Below, piece by piece: positions 56,330-64,000 of a stretch of 64,000 bases of DNA. How positions within the stretch are numbered: the stretch's first letter is position 1; each line of letters opens with the position of its first letter. The notes under the pieces are model-generated. The model worked only from the letters and a program-made list of their open reading frames with translations. It was not told the origin of the DNA and ran no database searches. Source of the stretch: Candidatus Poseidoniales archaeon (GTDB taxonomy: Archaea; Thermoplasmatota; Poseidoniia; Poseidoniales; Poseidoniaceae); assembly GCA_003602575.1 (NCBI GenBank), contig QQRY01000018.1, forward strand, positions 21,632 to 85,631, written 5' to 3'. A program made the translations under genes and the position numbers.

Positions 56330-56772
56330 TGTATGCAAGAGAGAGCCACTGTACGGACCGAGATGCTGGCCAAATGCTTCTTGCAACAGGAGTAGTTTTG
56401 TTATTGTCACTATTGTCTATGGCGGTTTTCAGTGTAAAGGTAGCAGGAATAACTCAGTCTACTGATAGCTCTTCCAATGGTGTAATTCAAACAACTAATG
56501 AAGTCATAGATGCAATACCAGTATTGGTTGAGAATCGTGCAATAGTTTGGATTGATGCTGGAGTCGAACGTTTAGAGGCCGCTCAATTATCCATTGATAG
56601 TGTTCATGATGATCTTTTGCATCATGGTGAATTAAGGGGTGTAGAAGTTAAAATTTTAAATTTCATGTTTTCTGATATTGATGGCTCATCGATGCAGGTA
56701 ACTGGAGAATTAGGAGTTTCAGATAGTACAACGACTCTACAGTCTAATGTATCTTTCATCATTTCTGTTTGA
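56326..56772 (+). CDS. Putative minor pilin (class III signal peptide-like)
   Basis: ...DRDAG|QMLLATGVVLLL hydrophobic helix; ATGA overlap with the previous gene. Confidence 0.6.
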   Translation: MMYARESHCTDRDAGQMLLATGVVLLLSLLSMAVFSVKVAGITQSTDSSSNGVIQTTNEVIDAIPVLVENRAIVWIDAGVERLEAAQLSIDSVHDDLLHHGELRGVEVKILNFMFSDIDGSSMQVTGELGVSDSTTTLQSNVSFIISV

Positions 56773-57427
56773 CACGGTTCTCGTTCCAAGCAAGGTCGAG
56801 TAGATGCTGAATTCTATCAGTATCATTTTTGACTCTAGATATATCTACAATAGGCCAGTTCGAAACCTTTGATCTTTCCATTAAACCTTCTTGTATACTT
56901 CGAATACGTGCGAAGTTAGCAAGATATCTATCCGCTCTTCGAAAAGAATGTGCATCTCTTGAACGGAGCATTTCCTTGTGCTTATTTTCGTCACTTACAG
57001 CCATTATTACTCCAAGAGCAATTCCTCCTGCATCTCTCCATGCACCGAGTAACTTCTCACTTGGCACGATATGAACTCCTTCGAGTAGTAAGTCGATTCC
57101 TTCCCTTAACGCTCTATTTATTGTCGCTTCTATGCCAGTTTCGACCGCCTGACATGTATCAAGCCAATCGATTATAGGGTCATTAGCAGAACCTATGGAA
57201 AAAGAAGATCGATGTAGCGCTTCTTGCATATCTCCTTGGTCGCAACTTCGCATAATTTCACGAATTGCATCAGTTGAAAGAATTCTAGAAAAATTACTTT
57301 TGGAAGCGATATTTAGCGCAGCAGTAGATTTACCAGTTCCAGTAGCACCAGAAATCACCAGCAATCTTGGGGCACGGTCAGCGATGGTTCTAGCGGTTGT
57401 TTCAGCCAACCCTATCGTACGCGCCAT
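56759..57427 (-). CDS. 2-phosphoglycerate kinase-like P-loop kinase
   Basis: SGATGTGKST, STDAIREIMR, LHRSSF, EGVHIVP, RYLANF..IR.IQ. Confidence 0.8.
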   Translation of the reverse strand: MARTIGLAETTARTIADRAPRLLVISGATGTGKSTAALNIASKSNFSRILSTDAIREIMRSCDQGDMQEALHRSSFSIGSANDPIIDWLDTCQAVETGIEATINRALREGIDLLLEGVHIVPSEKLLGAWRDAGGIALGVIMAVSDENKHKEMLRSRDAHSFRRADRYLANFARIRSIQEGLMERSKVSNWPIVDISRVKNDTDRIQHLLDLAWNENRVKQK

Positions 57428-57544
57428 GAATCACTTTGAGTGGTCTTTACTCATGAGTCTTACCTCACAAAAAATAATAATCTGGCTAATTTCAAGATTT
57501 TATTCAAAGCGAATACCTTTCAACGGTCACTTCATGGATGATTT

Positions 57545-58981
57545 ATGAGCGCACAACAAATGCTGATTGACGGGAAATGGATTGATGGCGAAAACGGTGA
57601 AACTAGCGATGTTATTAATCCTGCAACTGGAGTGGTAATTGCTACAGTCCCTAAAGCTACTATTTCAGATGTTGAAAATTGTGTATCTGCCTCACGTGTA
57701 GCATTTAATGATAAATCTTGGAAGAATATGGACCCTGCTCAAAGAGGAAGAATACTCAATAAAATGGCTGCTGCTACCTACGCGGCCGCTAAGGAACTGG
57801 CGGTAATAGAATCTGAGAACAATGGAAAAACATTCCGTGAAGCATTGTCTGAGATACGTTACGGCGCATGGACCTTGGAATATTTTGCTGGGCTATCAGA
57901 TAAGATTGAAGGAAGTACAATTCCAGTGCCTGGAAATAGACTTAATTACACATTGAGACAACCACTTGGCGTCACTGCACACATAGTTCCATGGAATTTT
58001 CCGCTACAATTAGCAATCCGTTCGATAGCACCAGCACTTGCTGCAGGATGTACTGTAATTGCTAAACCAGCATCTTGGACTCCTTTGTCATTGATTGCAT
58101 GGGCCAAGAAAATGGAAGAAGCTGAAGTAGGTCTTCCATCAGGTGTTTTACAAGTTATCACTGGTTCAGGTGGATTGATTGGAGATGCTCTAGCAGGGCA
58201 CTCAAATGTAGATGGTGTTGTCCTTACAGGAGGAGTGCCAACCGGGCAAACAGTAATGGCAAAGGCTAGTGAAAACCTTACACCAGTGACACTAGAGTTG
58301 GGCGGTAAAGGAGCAAATATTGTATTCCCTGATGCCAATTTAAAATATGCTGCGAAGGCGATTTGCTTTGGTATTTTCATGAATGCAGGTCAGATGTGTT
58401 GGGCTGGCTCAAGATTGATTGTACACGAGGATGTTCATGATGAATTAGTTGAAGCAGTAGTTGCTGAAGTTGGTAAGTGGAAAGTTGGGCCAGGTATGGA
58501 AGAAGGTGTTAGAATCGGTAGTTTGGTTCATCAAAATCATCGTGATGAAGTATTAGAGAAGTTAGAAGCGGGATTGAAAATGGGTGGAACTGTAGTTTGT
58601 GGAGGTAATGCCATTGATGGAGAAGGAGCTTTCATGGAAGCAACAGTTGTAACTGGCGTATCTAGTGATAACCTATTATTCAATGATGAATTATTCGGAC
58701 CGGTATTATCTGTAACTAAATTTAGTGAAGATTCTCAAGCACTTGAACTTGCCAACGATACTCCATTTGGATTATTGAATGGTATTTGGACCAATGACCT
58801 AAGTCGCGCCCACAATATGGCAAGAGATTTACAGTCTGGAATGATTTCTATAAACGAGTATCCTATTACTTTCCCTCAAACCGCTTTTACTGGTTGGAAA
58901 CAATCAGGAATAGGAATCGAGCAAAGTCAAGATGCTTTGAGATTTTATACCAAGGTCAAGAATGTCAATATCAAACTATGA
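57545..58981 (+). CDS. NAD(P)-dependent aldehyde dehydrogenase
   Basis: IVPWNFP, KPA, LELGGK, NAGQMCWAGSR, ELFGPV. Confidence 0.93.
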   Translation: MSAQQMLIDGKWIDGENGETSDVINPATGVVIATVPKATISDVENCVSASRVAFNDKSWKNMDPAQRGRILNKMAAATYAAAKELAVIESENNGKTFREALSEIRYGAWTLEYFAGLSDKIEGSTIPVPGNRLNYTLRQPLGVTAHIVPWNFPLQLAIRSIAPALAAGCTVIAKPASWTPLSLIAWAKKMEEAEVGLPSGVLQVITGSGGLIGDALAGHSNVDGVVLTGGVPTGQTVMAKASENLTPVTLELGGKGANIVFPDANLKYAAKAICFGIFMNAGQMCWAGSRLIVHEDVHDELVEAVVAEVGKWKVGPGMEEGVRIGSLVHQNHRDEVLEKLEAGLKMGGTVVCGGNAIDGEGAFMEATVVTGVSSDNLLFNDELFGPVLSVTKFSEDSQALELANDTPFGLLNGIWTNDLSRAHNMARDLQSGMISINEYPITFPQTAFTGWKQSGIGIEQSQDALRFYTKVKNVNIKL

Positions 58982-58990
58982 GGTGTAACT

Positions 58991-59773
58991 ATGACTGTTT
59001 CATCAACTGATATGGGGCATGGAGTTCGATTAATCCGTTTTTCAGGTCAATCTGCGACGCAATCTTTTTCTCGAACATTTTTACCTGAAATCGCTAAAGC
59101 AATCGATCAAGGTCTAGCTGATCATGACGTACGAGCATTGATACTAACAGGTGAAGGTAAATTTTTCTCGGCAGGAGCAGATATCAATGCATTTGCAAAG
59201 TCGATAGAAGACGGTGATGCACCGCAGTTGATTCGAGATCTTACTGGGGTTCTCCATCCTTTACTTGTGAGAATGCGCCAATCTCCTACCATTTCTGTGG
59301 CCGCAATCAATGGTGCTTGCGCAGGAGGCGGACTTGGTCTAGCTTTGGCATGTGATCTAAGAATTGGCTCCCATAGTGCCAAGATGGCCGCATCATATGC
59401 TGGCATGGGACTTTCTCCCGATGGCGGCACAACATGGTTGTTACCACGTTTGGTTGGCGACCAAATCGCAAGACGGTTTTTCTTTGAGAATGAAATCTGG
59501 TCAGCAGAAAAAGCCAATCAATTAGGAGCAATCGATACTATTGTTGACGAAGAATCTCTCATTGAATCTGCTCTTACGCTAGCACTAAAATGGTCTCAAT
59601 GGGGCAGTCATACTAAAGAGGCGACAAAGCATTTACTCGATGTACAGTCTGTGCAAGACTTTGAAACTCATCTAAAACATGAGCGTACTTTGATAGAAGC
59701 TGCTGGTACTACAGAGGCTTTCAAGGAAGGAGTCAGTGCTTTTTTAGAGAAGAGAAAGCCCAATTTTGATTGA
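58991..59773 (+). CDS. Crotonase-family isomerase, PaaG-like
   Basis: FSAGADI; GGGLGLALACD lacks the hydratase Glu; GLSPDGGTTWLLPRLVG carries the PaaG-type Asp; SD GAGGTG. Confidence 0.75.
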   Translation: MTVSSTDMGHGVRLIRFSGQSATQSFSRTFLPEIAKAIDQGLADHDVRALILTGEGKFFSAGADINAFAKSIEDGDAPQLIRDLTGVLHPLLVRMRQSPTISVAAINGACAGGGLGLALACDLRIGSHSAKMAASYAGMGLSPDGGTTWLLPRLVGDQIARRFFFENEIWSAEKANQLGAIDTIVDEESLIESALTLALKWSQWGSHTKEATKHLLDVQSVQDFETHLKHERTLIEAAGTTEAFKEGVSAFLEKRKPNFD

Positions 59774-60661
59774 TCACTTTGGTAAGTCTGTTTCTTCAGC
59801 ACTACCACTCGACCAGTCATAGATTCCCATGCCGGTTTTTTTACCGAGTCTTCCTTCAGAAACTAGTTTCTCGAGTAAAGGATGGGGAGTATAAGAATCA
59901 TCATTGAATGATTGTTTTAGATTCAATAAAATATCTCGGCGAACATCAAGTCCTACCAAATCAGTAAGTGCTAATGGGCCCATTGGATGCTTGTATCCCA
60001 GTACCATTGCAGTGTCGATATCTTTCGCACTAGCGACTCCATCCGCCAGCATTCTAATCGCTTCATTGCCCAGTACAACTCCAAGCCTCGATGTAGCAAA
60101 TCCAGGTACGTCATTGACTAAAATAGTAGTTTTACCCATTTTATCTCCAGCCATTTGTGCAGCGGAGATAGTATCCTTAGAGCAATTATCATGTTTGACT
60201 AATTCTAATAGTTTCATAATTGGTACAGGATTGAAGAAATGCATACCAATTACTTTTTTCGGCCTTCCCGAAGCATTAGCGATTTCTGCAATTGAAAGAG
60301 ATGAGGTATTTGTTCCTAAAATACAATCATTCCTTGTCATATTTCCTAGTGACTCAAAAATACTGCATTTAAGTTCCATAATTTCTGGAACTGCTTCGAT
60401 TACCATATCAACATCTTCAACAGCCATTTTCAAATCAGTGAATTGATGTAAATTCGCGGACCACTCGGTTTTTTGTTCTGGGGTAGTTTTACCACGAGCG
60501 ATTCCTTTGTCCCAAAAAGTATCAATCGCTTTGAGGCCTTTTTCAAGCCCTTCTGGATAAGCATCGAATAGATTTGTTTTCCAACCACTTTGGGCACAAA
60601 TTTGCGCAATTCCAGCGCCCATTGTTCCTGCACCAATTACCGCTACAGAGTTTATCTCCAT
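59774..60661 (-). CDS. 3-hydroxyacyl-CoA dehydrogenase (PaaH/Hbd-like)
   Basis: GAGTMGAG, IEAVPE, TNTSSL, GMHFFNP, PGF, HPMGP...DLVGLD, GRLGKKTG. Confidence 0.92.
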   Translation of the reverse strand: MEINSVAVIGAGTMGAGIAQICAQSGWKTNLFDAYPEGLEKGLKAIDTFWDKGIARGKTTPEQKTEWSANLHQFTDLKMAVEDVDMVIEAVPEIMELKCSIFESLGNMTRNDCILGTNTSSLSIAEIANASGRPKKVIGMHFFNPVPIMKLLELVKHDNCSKDTISAAQMAGDKMGKTTILVNDVPGFATSRLGVVLGNEAIRMLADGVASAKDIDTAMVLGYKHPMGPLALTDLVGLDVRRDILLNLKQSFNDDSYTPHPLLEKLVSEGRLGKKTGMGIYDWSSGSAEETDLPK

Positions 60662-60683
60662 GAACAAGCCAATAGTTTGTACT

Positions 60684-61607
60684 TCATGATGCTTCCTTGA
60701 ACTTTGATGGTTTACTCTGTGCAATTGCAACTCCACCTACAATTAGAATAAAAGAAATTAACAATGCTGAACCTAATTTTTCATCTAGTAATAGATATCC
60801 ACTATAGATACCAATTGGGGGTACTAAGTAAACATAAAGTGCACTTTTCCCAGCACCGATGATTAATATTCCATCAGCAAACCAAACATAGGATATCACT
60901 GTAGAGAATACTGCGAGAAATACTACTGCTATCCACCCATCAAAACTAGGCTTTGGTATTCCATACTCTAGGGTTTCAATTGCCATAATCGGAGTCAAGA
61001 AAATTAAACCTGCAACAGAAGACCAAACGGTCAACTGTAGAGGGGAGAGAGGTTTTTTTGAATCTTCGGCCGGTAAAAGCATTGCTTTTTTCATCAAGAT
61101 TGTATTGCATGCCCAAGACAATGCAGCTCCAGCAATTAGCAGGTCACCAATTGCTCGGTCGGTAAAAGAAATATCTACATTTGGAGAATAATAGAATAGT
61201 ATTGCAACACCACTGATCCCGAGTGTTAAACCAATTGCTAATCGTGAGGTCATTTTCTCATCCAAAAAGAAAATTGCGAGTATTGCAGTAAAAAATGGAT
61301 TGAATGTAATCATCAAAGAAGCATCACCTGCGGCAGTATATTGCATTCCAAACATAAAAAATGCTTGATAAACACAAGTGGAGAAAAATCCGATTAAGGC
61401 AATTCTTTTCCATTCACCTCTTGACGGAACCATCCATTGATTTGCTAATCTTAGAAATACTAAGAAAAGGACTACAGCGATTACATATCTTATCCAAGAT
61501 GCGGCAAATGGTTCGATATCATTAGCAAGAACTCTTCCTGCAGGCCAGCCAAATCCCCATATGGTGGCAACCGATAATAACTTGAGATGAGTTAGTATAT
61601 TTCTCAT
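60684..61607 (-). CDS. DMT/EamA family transporter
   Basis: IWG..., two EamA repeats, about 10 TM, LDEK motifs; ATGA overlap with the upstream gene. Confidence 0.9.
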   Translation of the reverse strand: MRNILTHLKLLSVATIWGFGWPAGRVLANDIEPFAASWIRYVIAVVLFLVFLRLANQWMVPSRGEWKRIALIGFFSTCVYQAFFMFGMQYTAAGDASLMITFNPFFTAILAIFFLDEKMTSRLAIGLTLGISGVAILFYYSPNVDISFTDRAIGDLLIAGAALSWACNTILMKKAMLLPAEDSKKPLSPLQLTVWSSVAGLIFLTPIMAIETLEYGIPKPSFDGWIAVVFLAVFSTVISYVWFADGILIIGAGKSALYVYLVPPIGIYSGYLLLDEKLGSALLISFILIVGGVAIAQSKPSKFKEAS

Positions 61608-62140
61608 TCAAATCGCTCCAAACCTAGTTGGAGCATTCTGGCTCTTGGCAGACCAATTTCAGGTAGACCATCAGCGGGCGAATAAATTTTCAATCCTTCA
61701 ATTCTAGACACATAAAGGCCATAACTTGCCATGTCATTCAATTTATATGGAGTTTCTAAACCCATTTTAGTAAGCGTTTGACATGCTTTTTCGCTATACA
61801 ATGGATATAGGTTAGTCGAAAAGTGAACCCATTCAGAAATTCTCCGAGTGTCTATATCATCTAAAGTCAATAGGTGCTCTAGAAGTGATACATCAGGATA
61901 ACTTACAGTTTGTAAAATCATTTCCATTTCCATCATAATATCTTCTGGCCACGCCTTAGGAGGTCTCTTAGACCACTTTTCAGAAATAAAAACATGGTCG
62001 ATAGATGCTTTTTCTTGTATGGAATAAATCGTTTTAGCATAATGTTCATCTTCAATACTGTCTGCAACTAGAGATGGTAATTCAGAATAGAATCGTTCAC
62101 ACATCTCTACGTCAATACCGTAAAGTGAAACTGGTATCAT
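61604..62140 (-). CDS. Hypothetical protein
   Basis: SD GGAGG precedes ATG 62140; lies between the boxB-like gene and the DMT gene. Confidence 0.65.
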   Translation of the reverse strand: MIPVSLYGIDVEMCERFYSELPSLVADSIEDEHYAKTIYSIQEKASIDHVFISEKWSKRPPKAWPEDIMMEMEMILQTVSYPDVSLLEHLLTLDDIDTRRISEWVHFSTNLYPLYSEKACQTLTKMGLETPYKLNDMASYGLYVSRIEGLKIYSPADGLPEIGLPRARMLQLGLERFE

Positions 62141-62163
62141 AGCGTCTCCTCCGGGAGAGTTAT

Positions 62164-63324
62164 TCAAGCGGTTGCACCGATTCCAGACTCGATTTGGCGG
62201 GTAGACATCGGTTTATTTTCAATCCATTCTAATTTGAAGATTTCTTTTAGTGCTTCTTCATCTTCTTTAGATGGTAGATGCGATGAGATGTAATCATTCC
62301 ATTCTTCATCTGAACCCTCGAATGCATTTCCTTCGACAGTGAACTTTTGTCTCTTAGCAACTCCGATATCTCTGTTGAAGTTTTCATGAGGGACATATAG
62401 TTTAGTTGCTCCTTCTGGAAGGTACTTGGAGAGTTTTGCAACCTCTCCAACGATCTCATCGTGATAGTGTCCTCTTGCCTCTTCGTTTAGAACCTCTTTA
62501 TCGACTTGGTTGCCAGCCTCTAACTTCTTTCTTTCATCCCATCTTCCTTTAATTCCCCATACATAGGCCCAATGAGCGGATGAAGATGCGTCTACCCCAA
62601 ATAAATCGTGAGCGGTAGCGACCCATTTGTTGATGTATCTTTGAAGCATATCCAATGGAATAACTCCTGCCTTGATGATTCTTCTTAGTCCATTTGAACC
62701 AGTACCCAGGTGGAATGACTCTTCCTTGAGCATTGGTCCCATCGACGCAGCTAGTGGCTTGAAGGCGGAGGTGGATAACATTCCTAGTTGGAATTTGCCG
62801 TCTCGGTCAACAAACATAGTGTAGCAGAAGAAGTCTAACCAGTGAGGCATTGGTCTATTGAAAGCCCCTAGTAGTCTGTCTCCATCCTGAGCGTTTCTCT
62901 CTAGTAATTTTTGAGCCTCACGACGACCTTGTTGGCCAAAGTAAGTCATTAGAAGATATGCCATTTGCCATCCATGACGTTGTTCTTCTGCCATAATTCT
63001 TGCAGCAGCATATCTGTCATAATCGGTTGGAGCAGTTGCTAATAGGTGGCGTTGTTGTTCAACTGATGCGAATTCAGTATCTCCTTGAACTGTAATCATT
63101 GAGATTAGCGCATCTCTCATACTTTGATGAGGTACTTGTAGCGACCTTTCCCACTTTCTACGGCCTTCATAATCCCCAAATTCAATGACATCTCCTGCTC
63201 TATCCCAGTCAAATTGAATCGATAGGTCGAAGTCACCAAGCCAATTTTTATCAAAGCCCACTCGATCTTGCCATTCTCCAAAATTCGAAATCCAGTCTTC
63301 CCATGTACTCGGTAAGTTGTCCAT
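62164..63324 (-). CDS. BoxB-like diiron aromatic-acyl-CoA epoxidase (PaaA/PaaC/BoxB superfamily)
   Basis: QGDTEFASVEQQRHL, EEQRH, YFG..GR.EA..LL.R, RLLGAFN, DRDGKFQL and EESFH closely follow BoxB motifs as I recall them. Confidence 0.8.
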   Translation of the reverse strand: MDNLPSTWEDWISNFGEWQDRVGFDKNWLGDFDLSIQFDWDRAGDVIEFGDYEGRRKWERSLQVPHQSMRDALISMITVQGDTEFASVEQQRHLLATAPTDYDRYAAARIMAEEQRHGWQMAYLLMTYFGQQGRREAQKLLERNAQDGDRLLGAFNRPMPHWLDFFCYTMFVDRDGKFQLGMLSTSAFKPLAASMGPMLKEESFHLGTGSNGLRRIIKAGVIPLDMLQRYINKWVATAHDLFGVDASSSAHWAYVWGIKGRWDERKKLEAGNQVDKEVLNEEARGHYHDEIVGEVAKLSKYLPEGATKLYVPHENFNRDIGVAKRQKFTVEGNAFEGSDEEWNDYISSHLPSKEDEEALKEIFKLEWIENKPMSTRQIESGIGATA

Positions 63325-63374
63325 GATTACCTGAGAGCGGGGTCATCCTTATTGCCTTTGCGAACATATTCGTA

Positions 63375-63992
63375 TTAGCCTTGACGGATTTCTTCATAGA
63401 ATTCTTCAACTATCTTTCCTTCGATAGAATGTAATAAAACAGAGAGTGTAGATTTTGAGATTTCTAATGATTTAGATAAATCAACCAAACTAATTTTTCT
63501 TGGAGTGGCCCAATAACCTTTATTCCTAGCAATCTCAAAAACTTCCAATTGCCTCGCAGTCAACAAACTTTTACCACTGATTCTGGTAGATTTTATTCGA
63601 TAAGGTAGTTCAGCCTTTTTCAACTCTTCAATGAATTTCTTTCGTAGTTCAGGGGTGCATTGTATTGTCCAATTAACCCAGCCATCAACCACGTCAAATG
63701 GAGTCCTAGGTACCAGCCCCACAATTCTTAGTGGGCGAATAAACCCACCTCCACCACTAACGATATTGACAGTAGCTTTTTCATCATTAAGAATATTGAT
63801 ACTTTCAATTTCCGGTAATGCATGTAATATTTCCAATAGTTCAGGATCCGTAGATATCTGAGCAGTCCCTCTACCTTTACTTAGGGGCATTGTTTCTACT
63901 ATTTGCAAATTAGAAGAAGGGCATTTGCGAGATGAATCCCCTGCCCAGTGGCCGTTTGGTAAACGAATCTCAATTTTAATTATCTCTGACAT
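63375..63992 (-). CDS. HTH-10 (bacterio-opsin activator-type) transcriptional regulator
   Basis: LTARQLEV...A...GYW..PRKISL.DL...L.ISKSTLS..L...E.KI C-terminal HTH. Confidence 0.88.
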   Translation of the reverse strand: MSEIIKIEIRLPNGHWAGDSSRKCPSSNLQIVETMPLSKGRGTAQISTDPELLEILHALPEIESINILNDEKATVNIVSGGGGFIRPLRIVGLVPRTPFDVVDGWVNWTIQCTPELRKKFIEELKKAELPYRIKSTRISGKSLLTARQLEVFEIARNKGYWATPRKISLVDLSKSLEISKSTLSVLLHSIEGKIVEEFYEEIRQG

Positions 63993-64000
63993 TCAATCAC

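Noticed and set aside
57449..57458. Palindrome ACTCATGAGT upstream of the ALDH gene as operator for the HTH-10 regulator
   Set aside because: A single 10-bp palindrome is expected by chance, and I saw no second copy upstream of the boxB-like gene.
59904..60446. 180-aa antisense ORF, and similar shadow ORFs such as 1379..1888, 46727..47236 and 57946..58380
   Set aside because: They lie opposite well-supported genes, have no recognisable motifs and fit antisense codon bias.

Overview
Gene-dense, AT-rich archaeal chromosomal segment, most consistent with Marine Group II Euryarchaeota (Ca. Poseidoniales, Thermoplasmatota). This is an inference from MC1, Alba, Hjc, Lhr, Bud32, a PSH presenilin, an archaeal type IV pilus locus, a DacZ-type cyclase, large acidic membrane-anchored surface proteins and several bacterial-type metabolic genes. 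I can support about 57 CDS and one tRNA-Gly(GCC), and see no rRNA, CRISPR array, integrase or transposase. The most notable items are: (1) an aromatic-CoA catabolic cluster combining a short BoxB-type diiron epoxidase with a PaaG-type isomerase, ALDH, 3-hydroxyacyl-CoA dehydrogenase, DMT transporter and HTH-10 regulator; (2) a completely cysteine-free Mrp/NBP35 ATPase whose CxxC is replaced by a beta-rich insert, next to a CPCxxC DUF971 protein; (3) a mycobacterial Sdh1-like (type F, membrane Rieske) succinate dehydrogenase in an archaeon; (4) a macrodomain-DacZ gene pair; (5) 7 of 12 convergent gene junctions with exactly abutting stop codons. All family calls come from reading motifs by eye; no database searches were run.
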